Shown one piece after another: positions 44,472 to 53,990 of a stretch of DNA of 64,000 nucleotides (its first letter is position 1; the number at the start of each line of letters is the position of its first letter). This DNA comes from Acidimicrobiia bacterium (GTDB taxonomy: Bacteria > Actinomycetota > Acidimicrobiia > IMCC26256 > PALSA-555). The stretch spans positions 26,953-90,952 of the forward strand of contig JBBECS010000054.1 of the NCBI GenBank assembly GCA_040881685.1, read 5' to 3'. The translations under genes were made by a program, and so were the position numbers. The notes beneath the pieces were generated by a model that saw nothing but the letters and a program-made list of their open reading frames with translations, did no database searches and was not told the DNA's origin.

Positions 44472-45002
44472 GTGAACGACCGCGACCCATCTACACCGAG
44501 CGAGCCCGTGAAACCCGAATTGCTCGACGCCTCCGCGCCCCAAGGCATGCCAATGCCTCCGGGCGGCGACCCCGAGGCCGACGGTGAGCAGGTCACGCGC
44601 CCCACGAAGCTGATCCGCATCGCCTCGATGGTGCGGAGCATGCTCGATGAGGTTCGGCGTGCCCCACTCGACGACGCCGGCCGCATCCGGCTGCGCGAGA
44701 TCCACGAGAAGTCGGTGGCCGAGCTCGAGAGCGTGCTCTCACCCGAGCTGCAGAAGGAGCTCGAAGAGGTCGTCCTCCCCTTCTCCTCGGATGCGCCCAC
44801 CGAGTCGGAGCTCCGGCTCGCGCAGGCTCAGCTCGTCGGTTGGCTCGAAGGCCTCTTCCACGGCATCCAGGCCACGCTCTTCACCCAGCAGGCCATGGCC
44901 CAAGGTCAGCTCGAAGAGGTGCGCCGCCGGCGCGCCCTGCAAGCCGTGCCGGGTGAAGGCGGCGCGCCGGGGAGCGGCGAGCCGCCAAGCGGCTACCTCT
45001 AG
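44472..45002 (+). CDS. bpa: Bacterial proteasome activator (Bpa/PafE family)
   Basis: PTKLIRIASMVRSMLDEVRRAPLDDAGRIRLREIHEKSVAELESVLSPEL...LVGWLEGLFHGIQATL, with a C-terminal ...SGYL (penultimate Tyr, compare the GQYL tail of mycobacterial Bpa/Mpa). GTG 44472 lies 4 nt after GGAGG. At 176 aa it is similar to the ~174 aa I recall for mycobacterial Bpa. Confidence 0.7.
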   Translation: MNDRDPSTPSEPVKPELLDASAPQGMPMPPGGDPEADGEQVTRPTKLIRIASMVRSMLDEVRRAPLDDAGRIRLREIHEKSVAELESVLSPELQKELEEVVLPFSSDAPTESELRLAQAQLVGWLEGLFHGIQATLFTQQAMAQGQLEEVRRRRALQAVPGEGGAPGSGEPPSGYL

Positions 45003-45004
45003 AA

Positions 45005-46372
45005 ATGTCGGTCATGCCCGACGAGCTCTTCGAGCGCAGCTGGTCCCCGCAGTCGTGGCGGACCCGCACCGCGGCGCAGCAACCTGAGTGGCCAGACGAA
45101 GACCAGCTCGACGTTGCGCTCGGCGAGATCCGCGCGATGCCACCGCTGGTGTTCGCCGGCGAGGCGCGCACGCTCACGTCCTCGCTCGCCGCCGCGAACG
45201 ATGGTGAAGCGTTCCTCCTCGTCGCCGGTGACTGCGCCGAGTCGTTCCACGAGTTCTCGGCCGATGCGATCCGCGACAAGCTCCGCGTGATCCTTCAGAT
45301 GTCGGTTGTGCTCACGTACGGCAGCGGCGTGCCAACGATCAAAGTCGGGCGCCTGGCCGGCCAGTTCTCCAAGCCGCGCTCGTCATCGACAGAGACGCGC
45401 AACGGCGTCACGCTGCCGTCGTTCCGCGGCGACAACGTGAACGACTTCGCGTTCGAGGCGGTCGCTCGCCAAGCCGATCCGCAACGCCTCCTCCGTGGGT
45501 ACCACCAGTCAGCCTCGACGCTGAACCTCGTCCGCGCGTTCGCGAAGGGAGGCTTCGCCGACCTCTCGCGCGTGCATGCATGGAACCAGGAGTTCGTCGC
45601 GAGCAGCCCCGAGGGCCGACGCTACGACGCGCTGGCCGGCGAAATCGATCGAGCCCTGCGGTTCATGTCGGCGTGCGGCATCGATCTCGAGGCGGAGCTC
45701 CAACTCCACCAGGTGGACGTGTACACCGCGCACGAGGCATTGCTGCTCGGCTACGAGGAAGCGCTCACCCGGCGCGACAGCATCACCGGTGACTGGTACG
45801 ACTGCTCGGCCCATTTGCTCTGGTGCGGCGATCGCACTCGCGCGCTCGATGGCGCGCACGTGGAGTTCCTCTCGGGCATCCACAACCCGATCGGCGTGAA
45901 GCTGGGCCCAGACGCGACACCAGAAGAGGTGGTCGCGCTCTGCGCGCGCCTGAACCCCGGCCGCCAACCTGGCCGACTCGTCCTCTTCAGTCGGATGGGC
46001 GCCGACCGGATCGATGAGTCGCTCCCGCCGCTCGTGCGCGCGGTCGAGCTCGCCAACCACCCGGTGGCGTGGGCGTGCGATCCCATGCACGGGAACACGT
46101 TCCAGCTCGAGAACGGCTACAAGACTCGGCGGTTCACCGACATCATGCGCGAGCTGCACGCATTCTTCGATGTGTGCCAGGCGAACGACATCCGGCCCGG
46201 TGGTGTGCACATCGAGCTCACCGGCGACGACGTCACCGAGTGCCTCGGCGGTACCGCCGAAGTGCTCGACAGCCATCTCCAGCAGCGTTACGAGACCATG
46301 TGCGACCCGCGCCTCAACGCGCGCCAGTCGCTCGACCTCGCCTTCGAGATCGCCGAGCTGCTCAGGCGCTGA
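45005..46372 (+). CDS. aroG: 3-deoxy-7-phosphoheptulonate (DAHP) synthase, class II
   Basis: WSPQSWRTRTAAQQPEWPD..., LLVAGDCAESF, KVGRLAGQFSKPRS, WCGDRTR, DPMHGNT. At 455 aa this is the typical class II length. Confidence 0.9.
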   Translation: MSVMPDELFERSWSPQSWRTRTAAQQPEWPDEDQLDVALGEIRAMPPLVFAGEARTLTSSLAAANDGEAFLLVAGDCAESFHEFSADAIRDKLRVILQMSVVLTYGSGVPTIKVGRLAGQFSKPRSSSTETRNGVTLPSFRGDNVNDFAFEAVARQADPQRLLRGYHQSASTLNLVRAFAKGGFADLSRVHAWNQEFVASSPEGRRYDALAGEIDRALRFMSACGIDLEAELQLHQVDVYTAHEALLLGYEEALTRRDSITGDWYDCSAHLLWCGDRTRALDGAHVEFLSGIHNPIGVKLGPDATPEEVVALCARLNPGRQPGRLVLFSRMGADRIDESLPPLVRAVELANHPVAWACDPMHGNTFQLENGYKTRRFTDIMRELHAFFDVCQANDIRPGGVHIELTGDDVTECLGGTAEVLDSHLQQRYETMCDPRLNARQSLDLAFEIAELLRR

Positions 46373-46901
46373 GGTAGTCGAGCGCTCGGTCGAGGTTCTC
46401 TTCGAACGGCCGAACCGCGTCGAGGATCAAGCGATCGGTCTCCCACGGCTCGAAACGCGACCGAACGTCTGTGACGTCTTCCCATGTGAGCTCGTACCAG
46501 CCGGGGATGTCGCGCGTGCGTCCTTCGATCCGCTCGCGGTGAACACCTTCGTCACTGCACACGCATTCGATGGGTCGAAACTGCGCTTCGAGCTCGTCGG
46601 CGAGGGCCATCCATGCGTGACGTGACGTCTTGGTGCGCGCCACGGTGTCGAGGATCGCCGACTGACCTCGGCGGAGCTGCTCACCCGCGAGGGTCCCGAG
46701 CAGGTCCTCGGCAACCTGCCAGGAGTTGGACTCGGCGGTGATGCCGCTCCTCCAGAGCGAAGCTTCGATGCGGTCCTTGTTGAACACGGGCGCGCCAAGC
46801 CGACTGGCGAGTGCGTCCGCCATCGTGCTCTTCCCGGCTCCGGGAAGTCCGCTCACCACGATCAAGAACGCCACGCCCGATTCTTGCTGGATCGACGTCA
46901 C
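46362..46901 (-). CDS. P-loop kinase / AAA_33-type ATPase
   Basis: FLIVVSGLPGAGKSTMADAL is a Walker A motif. Start placed at GTG 46901. The 3' end overlaps the aroG stop by 11 nt (convergent). Confidence 0.6.
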   Translation of the reverse strand: MTSIQQESGVAFLIVVSGLPGAGKSTMADALASRLGAPVFNKDRIEASLWRSGITAESNSWQVAEDLLGTLAGEQLRRGQSAILDTVARTKTSRHAWMALADELEAQFRPIECVCSDEGVHRERIEGRTRDIPGWYELTWEDVTDVRSRFEPWETDRLILDAVRPFEENLDRALDYLSA

Positions 46902-46947
46902 GGTGGCGTCGCCATCATGCGGGGTGGGGGCGTGCGACGATGGGGGC

Positions 46948-49900
46948 GTGAGCTTCGAGGATCTCGGGCCGAACTCCGGCCTCATCGAGGACCTCTACGA
47001 GCGCTACCGCCAGGATCCGGAGTCGATCCCGGAACGTTGGCGCAAGTACTTCGCAGAGCATCCTCCTGACGAGAACGGTGAAGGCGCGCCACCCCCGGCG
47101 TTGGCAACAGCAGCCACGGCGACGACCTCGGAATCCACTCCCTCTGCGGCTGCACCGGAGTCGGCGCAGCCGCTGCGTGGGGTCGCGGCGCGCATCGCCG
47201 AGAACATGGAAGCCAGCCTCGGGGTACCGACGGCGACGTCGGTGCGGACGGTGCCAGCGAAGCTCCTCGAGGTCAACCGCCAGATCCTCAACAACCACCT
47301 CGCGCGGAGCGGCATCGGCAAGGTCAGCTTCACGCATCTCATCGCGTACGCGGTGATCCGAGCGCTGCGCGACCACCCCACGATCAACTCGAGCTACGAC
47401 GACGAGCACGGCGGTCCCACGGTCACGCACCACGCCCAGATCAACCTCGGACTCGCCGTCGATGTGGAGCGAACAGACGGCACGCGCTCGTTGCTCGTAC
47501 CCAACATCAAAGCGGCCGAGACCCTCGACTTCTCCAAGTTCTGGGGTGCATACGAAGAGCTGATCCGCAAAGTGCGCGCCAACGAGCTGAGCCCCGACGA
47601 CTTCGCCGGCACAACGGGCACCATCACCAACCCGGGGATGATCGGCACCGTGCACTCCGTCCCTCGCCTGATGCCTGGGCAAGGGTTCATCGTCGGTGTC
47701 GGCGCGATCGGATACCCCGCGGAGTACGAGGGCGCCGATCCGCACGCATTGGCACAGCTCGGTATCAGTACAACGACGACGCTCACGAACACGTACGACC
47801 ATCGCATCATCGGAGGCGCCGAGAGTGGTGAGTTCCTCCGCCGGATCCATGACCTCCTGCTGGGCTCAGACGGCTACTACGACGAGGTCTTCCACAGTCT
47901 CAAAGTTCCGTACGAACCGGCGCGGTGGAACCCCGACCGCTCGTCGTTCGCCGATCCCGTCGCGCAGAACGAGAAGATCGTGCACGTTCACCAACTCATC
48001 AACATGTACCGCGTGCGCGGGCATCTCATCGCCAACCTCGACCCGCTCGGACGCCGCGAGCCGCACACGCATCCCGAGCTGGACATCAGCCACCACGGCC
48101 TCAGCATCTGGGACCTCGAGCGCGAGTTCCCGATCGGAAGCCTGGGCGCCGGACTGCTCGGGCGCTCGACGATGCCGCTGCGCGAGATCCTCGGCTACCT
48201 GCGCGACGCCTACGCCCGCACGATCGGCGTCGAGTACATGCACATCCAGGAGCACGACCAGAAGGCCTGGATCCAACAGCAGGTCGAGGGGCACGCGCCC
48301 GAGCTCACCCACGACGAGAAGCACCGGGTCCTCGATCGACTGAACGCGGCCGAAGCCTTCGAGCGCTTCATACACACCAAGTACCTCGGCCAGAAGCGAT
48401 TCAGCCTCGAAGGCGCCGAGACCCTCATCCCGATGCTCGACATCGTGTGCAGCTTGGCGGCCGACGCCGGCATCGCCGAGGTCGTCATGGGCATGGCGCA
48501 TCGCGGACGGCTCAACGTGCTCGCCAACGTCATCGGCAAGTCGTACGAGCAGATCTTCCGCGAGTTCGAAGGCGAGCTCGACCCCACGAGCACGCAGGGC
48601 TCGGGCGACGTGAAGTACCACGTCGGCGCGACCGGCAAGCACGTGTCCGCCGCCGGCAACGACGTGTTGCTCACACTGGCCGCCAACCCGTCACACCTCG
48701 AAGCCGTCGACCCGATCGTCGAGGGCATGGCGCGCGCCCGCGCCGACCGGCTCGGCAAAGCCGAGGGTGAGGCAGTGCTCCCCGTGCTCGTGCACGGGGA
48801 CGCCGCGTTCGCAGGCCAAGGGGTGGTGGCCGAGACGTTCAACCTCTCCGAGGTGGCCGGCTACGACGTCGGCGGCACGGTGCACGTCGTCGTCGACAAC
48901 CAGCTCGGCTTCACGACATCACCCGAGTCGGGCCGCTCGAGCGTGTACGCGACCGACGTCGCCAAGATGGTGCAAGCTCCCATCTTCCATGTGAACGGTG
49001 ACGACCCCGAAGCTGTCGTTCGCGTGATACGCCTCGCGTTCGCGTTCCGTGAGACCTTCAAGAAGGATGTGGTCGTCGACCTCGTCTGCTACCGGCGATA
49101 CGGGCACAACGAGCTCGACGAGCCCGCATTCACGCAGCCGCGGATGTACGAGCTCATCGAGGCCCGACCGTCGGTGCGCACCATCTACACCAACGCCCTC
49201 ATCCATCGTGGCGACCTCACCGACGAGGAGGTGCAAGCGACCCTCGCCGACTTCCAGGCCCGCCTCGACCAAGCGTTCGAGGAGACGCACGCCGCGCACG
49301 ACGACGGCCTCAGCGCCAGCGAATCTGCGCTGGACGGGCCCGAGCCCCAGGCCGAGGACCTGCCGGTGGCGACCGGGGTCGATCGCGCGGTGCTCGAGCG
49401 CGTCGCCGCCGGCATCACCGCGACGCCGCCGGGCTTCCATCTCAACCCCAAGCTCGAGCGAATCCTCCAGGCCACCAAGGCGACGTTCGACGGCGGCGAG
49501 GTGGACTGGGCCCTCGCCGAGGCGTGCGCGCTCGGATCACTCGTGCTCGAGGGCACCCCGGTCCGCCTCTCGGGCCAGGACACCCGCCGCGGCACGTTCA
49601 GCCAACGCCACGGCGTGCTCGTCGACACCGTCACCGAGAAGGAGTACATCCCGCTCGCCAACCTCGGCCCCGACCAAGCCCCGTTCCGCATGTACGACTC
49701 GGTGCTCTCGGAGTACGCGGCGCTCGGCTTCGAGTACGGATATTCCGTCGCCGACGCAGGCGCCTTTGTGGCGTGGGAGGCGCAGTTCGGTGACTTCGTG
49801 AACGGTGGCCAGATCATCGTCGACCAGTTCATCGTCGCGGCCGACGACAAGTGGGGGCAGCGCTCGAGCCTCAGCCTGCTCCTCCCGCACGGCTTCGAGG

Positions 49901-50538
49901 GGCAGGGGCCCGAGCACTCGAGCGCGCGTTTGGAACGATTCCTCGCACTCTGCGCCGAAGGCAACCTGCGCGTCGTCTACCCCTCGACCGCCGCGCAGTA
50001 CTTCCACGCACTCCGTCGCCAGGTCTCGAGTCCACGGCAGGTGCCCTTGATCTGCTTCACCCCGAAGAAGTACCTGCGGATGAAGCACACGCGCTCCCCC
50101 GTCGGCGCGCTCGTCGAAGATTGGTTCCATCCTGTGCTCGAAGACCGCTCCACGTCGCTGGATGCGGCGGCGGTCAAGCGCGTGCTGCTCTGCACGGGAA
50201 AGATCGGTCACGAGCTGATGGACCGACGCGACGAGATGAACGTGCCCGTCGCCGTCGTTCGCATCGAGCAGCTCTACCCGTGGCCCGAGCCCGAGATCCT
50301 GGCCGTGCGCGACCACTACCCCGCGGCCACACAGCTGTGGTGGGTGCAGGAAGAGCCGGCGAACATGGGCGCTTGGAACTACGCGCACGGCAAGCTGCAT
50401 CGCATCGTGCGTGATCGAGCAGACCTGCGCCACATCGCGCGCCACGCGAGCGCGAGCCCCGCGAGCGGGAGCACCAAGGTTCACGACCGGGAGCAGCTCG
50501 AGCTTCTCGACGCCGCGCTCGGCAGCCTGCCGAAGTAG
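46948..50538 (+). CDS. kgd: Multifunctional 2-oxoglutarate dehydrogenase/decarboxylase E1 with fused E2-like acyltransferase segment (actinobacterial Kgd/OdhA type)
   Basis: N-terminus is FEDLGPNSGLIEDLYERYRQDP. The E2-like block is FTHLIAYAVIRAL...TYDHRIIGGAESGEFL. The E1 block is MGMAHRGRLNVLAN, VHGDAAFAGQGVV, RRYGHNELDEP, LLLPHGFEGQGPEHSS. Start is GTG 46948; the track ORF opens at 46726, overlapping the divergent kinase. Confidence 0.9.
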   Translation: MSFEDLGPNSGLIEDLYERYRQDPESIPERWRKYFAEHPPDENGEGAPPPALATAATATTSESTPSAAAPESAQPLRGVAARIAENMEASLGVPTATSVRTVPAKLLEVNRQILNNHLARSGIGKVSFTHLIAYAVIRALRDHPTINSSYDDEHGGPTVTHHAQINLGLAVDVERTDGTRSLLVPNIKAAETLDFSKFWGAYEELIRKVRANELSPDDFAGTTGTITNPGMIGTVHSVPRLMPGQGFIVGVGAIGYPAEYEGADPHALAQLGISTTTTLTNTYDHRIIGGAESGEFLRRIHDLLLGSDGYYDEVFHSLKVPYEPARWNPDRSSFADPVAQNEKIVHVHQLINMYRVRGHLIANLDPLGRREPHTHPELDISHHGLSIWDLEREFPIGSLGAGLLGRSTMPLREILGYLRDAYARTIGVEYMHIQEHDQKAWIQQQVEGHAPELTHDEKHRVLDRLNAAEAFERFIHTKYLGQKRFSLEGAETLIPMLDIVCSLAADAGIAEVVMGMAHRGRLNVLANVIGKSYEQIFREFEGELDPTSTQGSGDVKYHVGATGKHVSAAGNDVLLTLAANPSHLEAVDPIVEGMARARADRLGKAEGEAVLPVLVHGDAAFAGQGVVAETFNLSEVAGYDVGGTVHVVVDNQLGFTTSPESGRSSVYATDVAKMVQAPIFHVNGDDPEAVVRVIRLAFAFRETFKKDVVVDLVCYRRYGHNELDEPAFTQPRMYELIEARPSVRTIYTNALIHRGDLTDEEVQATLADFQARLDQAFEETHAAHDDGLSASESALDGPEPQAEDLPVATGVDRAVLERVAAGITATPPGFHLNPKLERILQATKATFDGGEVDWALAEACALGSLVLEGTPVRLSGQDTRRGTFSQRHGVLVDTVTEKEYIPLANLGPDQAPFRMYDSVLSEYAALGFEYGYSVADAGAFVAWEAQFGDFVNGGQIIVDQFIVAADDKWGQRSSLSLLLPHGFEGQGPEHSSARLERFLALCAEGNLRVVYPSTAAQYFHALRRQVSSPRQVPLICFTPKKYLRMKHTRSPVGALVEDWFHPVLEDRSTSLDAAAVKRVLLCTGKIGHELMDRRDEMNVPVAVVRIEQLYPWPEPEILAVRDHYPAATQLWWVQEEPANMGAWNYAHGKLHRIVRDRADLRHIARHASASPASGSTKVHDREQLELLDAALGSLPK

Positions 50539-50547
50539 GCACCAACA

Positions 50548-52155
50548 CTAAGAGATGCTCGCCGGCTCCCTTGCGGCCTCCCATTCCGCGCGCTGGCGCT
50601 CGATGTCCTCCGCGCGTGCGCGAGCGGGCAACCACACGGCGACGGCGAGGATTCCGACGGCGAGGGCGCCCGCTCCCACGTAGAGTCCGGCGTGGAACCC
50701 GTCGACGAACGCCGACTTGGCCGCGGTCGTGAGGAACCTGCCACGCGCCGCGTCAGGGGCATGGGCCGCGATCTCGAGTGCGGCACTGATGGAACGCCTC
50801 GCCCCACGTATCACTTCCCGGGGTGCGCCTTCCGCCCTCAACACGTCGGCCACCCGGGACCCGTAGACCGACGCGAACACGCTGCCGACCACAGCCACCC
50901 CCACGGCGCCTCCGACCTGACGCGTTGTGTCGTTGACCGCGGACCCCACACCAGCTCGCGCGAGCGGGAGCGAGCCCATGATGGAGTCGGTGCCGGGCGC
51001 CATGATCAGTGCCATGCCGATCGCCATCGTCACCATCCGCCAGATGATCTGCCCATAGTCCGAGGTTTCGTCCAGACCCAGCGAGAACAGGAGCCCGGCG
51101 CTGAAGAGCACCAGTCCACTCACGATGACCAGCTTCGAACCGAACGTCTCGACAAGGCGCGCTGTGAGCAGTGCCACGACCAACATCGGGATCGCGAACG
51201 CGAGCAACCGGACGCCAGCTTCGATTGGCGAGTAGCCGATCACGAGCTGCATGTATTGGGTCAGTACGAACAACGAGCCGAACATGGCGAAGAACGTGAC
51301 CATGATCGCCCCGCTCGCCATCGAGAACCGCGGGTTGCGAAAGAACGACAGGTCCAGCATCGGAAAAGGGCTGCGAACCTCCCACACGAAGAACGCGACG
51401 ATGAGAGCTCCTCCCAAGCCGAAGACGAGCAGGGTCGAGCCATCGGTCCAACCCTTCGTCGGCGCTTCGATCACCGCGTAGAGCAAGGTCGAGAGACCCA
51501 CGATCGACAGCACGGCACCGACAGGGTCGAGCCGGCGCGCGCTCGGGTCCCTGGAGTCTGGGATGAGGAACACGCCCGCGAGCAGGCCGATCACGACGAT
51601 GGGGAGGTTCACGAGGAACACCGAACCCCAATCGAAATGCTCGAGCAAGAGGCCACCGGTCAAGGGCCCGAGCGCGACAGCGACCCCCGCGGTCGAGGCC
51701 CACACCGCGAATGCACGCCCGCGCTCGTGCGACGGGAACACGTTTGTGATGATCGAGAGGGTGGCAGGCATGATGAATGCACCGCCGATGCCCATGAACG
51801 CGCGAAACCCGATCAGCTGTTCGGCGCTCGAGGAGATCGCCGCGAGCAACGAGCCGAGACCAAACACGACGAAGCCGAACTGAAGCGTCGGCCGTCGCCC
51901 GAAGCGGTCACCGAGGCTGCCGGCGGTCAGGAGCAGTCCGGCGAAGACCAGGGTGTAGGAGTCGACCATCCACTGGAGCTCGCTCGTGGACGCGTGCAGC
52001 TCCTCCTGGATGGTTGGGATCGCGACGTTCAGGATCGAGTTGTCGAGGACGACGACGAGCAGGCTGAGACAGAGGAACGCGAGGATCAGCCAGCGCCGCT
52101 CCTCGGCCTTCGCCTGAACCCGCGCCTTCAGGCTGAGGTGCGCAAGCCCCGTCAA
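50548..52155 (-). CDS. MFS transporter, DHA2 (EmrB/QacA, 14-TMS) type
   Basis: LCLSLLVVVLDNSILNVAIPTIQEEL..SELQWMVDSYTLVFAGLLLTAGSLGDRFGRR is the DHA2 signature region. About 14 hydrophobic segments. TTG 52155 overlaps the upstream stop (TTGA). Confidence 0.8.
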   Translation of the reverse strand: MTGLAHLSLKARVQAKAEERRWLILAFLCLSLLVVVLDNSILNVAIPTIQEELHASTSELQWMVDSYTLVFAGLLLTAGSLGDRFGRRPTLQFGFVVFGLGSLLAAISSSAEQLIGFRAFMGIGGAFIMPATLSIITNVFPSHERGRAFAVWASTAGVAVALGPLTGGLLLEHFDWGSVFLVNLPIVVIGLLAGVFLIPDSRDPSARRLDPVGAVLSIVGLSTLLYAVIEAPTKGWTDGSTLLVFGLGGALIVAFFVWEVRSPFPMLDLSFFRNPRFSMASGAIMVTFFAMFGSLFVLTQYMQLVIGYSPIEAGVRLLAFAIPMLVVALLTARLVETFGSKLVIVSGLVLFSAGLLFSLGLDETSDYGQIIWRMVTMAIGMALIMAPGTDSIMGSLPLARAGVGSAVNDTTRQVGGAVGVAVVGSVFASVYGSRVADVLRAEGAPREVIRGARRSISAALEIAAHAPDAARGRFLTTAAKSAFVDGFHAGLYVGAGALAVGILAVAVWLPARARAEDIERQRAEWEAAREPASIS

Positions 52156-53078
52156 GCGGACGCGGCATCGACAGCGGCGAGGGCGTGCTCGAGCGCGGTG
52201 GCTGACGCATTGACGAGCGGGAGGCGCACGTCGGGCGTCGGAATACGGCCCTGCGAGTGCAGCACCGCCTTGAACACCGCAGGGTTGGGCTCCGCGAAAC
52301 ACGTGGCAACCACCGGTAGCAACGCCTCGTGGTGGGTCCGCCCCTCTTCGACCTTGCCGGCGATTCCACACTCGGTCATCGCAACCCAGCGTTCGATGCA
52401 CACGTGTGCCGATGCACAGATCCCACCGGAACCGCCAAGCGACGTGACCGGAAACAGCAGGTAGTCGTCTCCGCTCAGCACGGCGAAGTCGTCGGGACAC
52501 TCCGCAAGCACGCGCAACGTGGGTTCATCGAGGGTCCCCGCGGCTTGCTTGACACCGATGATGTTCTTTGTGCTCGCGAGCTCGAGGAGGCCATCGGGCT
52601 CCAGGAGGCGGCCGGTGCGCGCAGGGATGTTGTACACGACCACAGGCACCGGACTGCGCTTCGCCACTTCCTTGAAGTGAGCGACGATTCCCGCTTGGCT
52701 CGGGCGCACGTAGTACGGCACCACCACGAGCGTCGCCGTCGTGCCGTCGACATCGGCGAGTGCCTCGACCGCCGCGACCGTCGTGCGCGTACTGTTCGTC
52801 CCAGCCCCGATGACGAGCTGCGCGGTGCGTTCGCGGCAGACCGCAGCGACGACATCGATGACCCCTTGCTTCTCGTCAGCGTCGAGAAACGGCGACTCGC
52901 CGGTCGTACCGAGTGGGACCAGACCAGCGACACCCGCATCGAGACACTCGTGACTCAGTCGTTCGAGCGCGCCCAGCGCGACCGAGCCGTCGGCAGCGAA
53001 CGGAGTGATGAGCGGGACGTAGACGCCGCGCAAGAGGGGGTCGGCCACGAATCGAACGTTAGCCCCCACTAGCTCCAA
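52152..53078 (-). CDS. DapA-family aldolase (4-hydroxy-tetrahydrodipicolinate synthase family)
   Basis: VYVPLITPF, LGTTGESPFL, VVPYYVRPSQAGIVAHF, VVVYNIPARTG, and IIGVKQAAG (Schiff-base Lys). Start uncertain: TTG 53078 or GTG 53048. I cannot tell whether this is the true lysine-pathway dapA or a paralogue. Confidence 0.8.
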   Translation of the reverse strand: MELVGANVRFVADPLLRGVYVPLITPFAADGSVALGALERLSHECLDAGVAGLVPLGTTGESPFLDADEKQGVIDVVAAVCRERTAQLVIGAGTNSTRTTVAAVEALADVDGTTATLVVVPYYVRPSQAGIVAHFKEVAKRSPVPVVVYNIPARTGRLLEPDGLLELASTKNIIGVKQAAGTLDEPTLRVLAECPDDFAVLSGDDYLLFPVTSLGGSGGICASAHVCIERWVAMTECGIAGKVEEGRTHHEALLPVVATCFAEPNPAVFKAVLHSQGRIPTPDVRLPLVNASATALEHALAAVDAASA

Positions 53079-53121
53079 CTTGTCCGCTCAATGGCGCTTC
53101 GCGCCGGGCCGCTTGGGCCAC

Positions 53122-53166
53122 GGCTAGCTGCGCCGCAGGGGTACCTGCGGCGCGGTCGGTAGCCTC
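53122..53166. repeat. 45-nt structured intergenic element, copy 1
   Basis: GGCTAGCTGCGCCGCAGGGGTACCTGCGGCGCGGTCGGTAGCCTC. The inner palindrome is CGCCGCAGG/CCTGCGGCG. It ends in TAGCCT, 6 nt before GTG 53172. Confidence 0.8.
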
Positions 53167-53171
53167 CGGCC

Positions 53172-53990
53172 GTGCCGGAATGGTGGCAGGTGGTGCTCAC
53201 GATCGCGGCCGGCGTGGTCACCGGAGTGCTTTCGGGCATGTTCGGGATCGGCGGCGCAATGGTGTCCAACCCGGCGTTGCGCGCACTCGGTGCCGGACCG
53301 CGTATCGCGGTTGGCTCCACTCTCCCGGCCATCATTCCGGGCGCGATCAGCGGCGCCCTCCGGTACCGGCGCGAGGGGCTCATCCTCGAGCGAGTCGTTC
53401 GGTGGACCGCGCCGTTCGGAGTCGCGTCATCGGTAGGTGGAGCGTTCGCAGCTGACGCCATTCCGGAGGGGCGCGCGTTGACACTCGCCATCGCCGCGCT
53501 CTTGGCGTTCACCGCGGTACGGGTTGGACGCGCGCCACGTGCCGCGGCCCCGGTCGTCGCCGAGACCGATGTCGAAACGGCTGCCGACGCACGCGTCGAC
53601 CAGGCCGCGGGAGCGCACGCCGCGCGCTGGAAGCTCGCGTTGACTGGAGTCCTCGCCGGCGGTCTGAGCGGTCTGCTCGGGGTGGGCGGTGGCGTGCTCA
53701 TGGTCCCGATCTTCACGGGCTGGCTCCGCATGCCGTTGAAACCGGCACTCGCGACGTCGCTTGCCTGTGTGGGCATCCTGGCGATCCCGGGGACGATCAG
53801 CCACGCGGCCCTCGGCAACATCGACTGGGGTTACGCGCTCCCCTTGGCGCTCGGGATCGTGCCCGGCGCCCGGATCGGCGCGCACATCACGATCGGCATC
53901 GCCGAACAGCGCTTGCGGGTGCTCGTCGGCTCCGTCCTCGGCGTGATCGCAATCATCTACGGAATCAGCGAGCTCGTCGCCATCGTCTAG
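53172..53990 (+). CDS. TauE/SafE (TSUP) family anion-exporter membrane protein
   Basis: GVVTGVLSGMFGIGGAMVSNPAL, with the repeat LSGLLGVGGGVLMVPIF in the second half. This gives the two TSUP repeats. Confidence 0.8.
   Translation: MPEWWQVVLTIAAGVVTGVLSGMFGIGGAMVSNPALRALGAGPRIAVGSTLPAIIPGAISGALRYRREGLILERVVRWTAPFGVASSVGGAFAADAIPEGRALTLAIAALLAFTAVRVGRAPRAAAPVVAETDVETAADARVDQAAGAHAARWKLALTGVLAGGLSGLLGVGGGVLMVPIFTGWLRMPLKPALATSLACVGILAIPGTISHAALGNIDWGYALPLALGIVPGARIGAHITIGIAEQRLRVLVGSVLGVIAIIYGISELVAIV

Noticed and set aside
46726-46947. Longer start (46726) for the kgd ORF.
   Set aside because: It would overlap the divergent P-loop kinase gene. The conserved Kgd N-terminus (FEDLGPNSGLIEDLYERY) begins right after GTG 46948.
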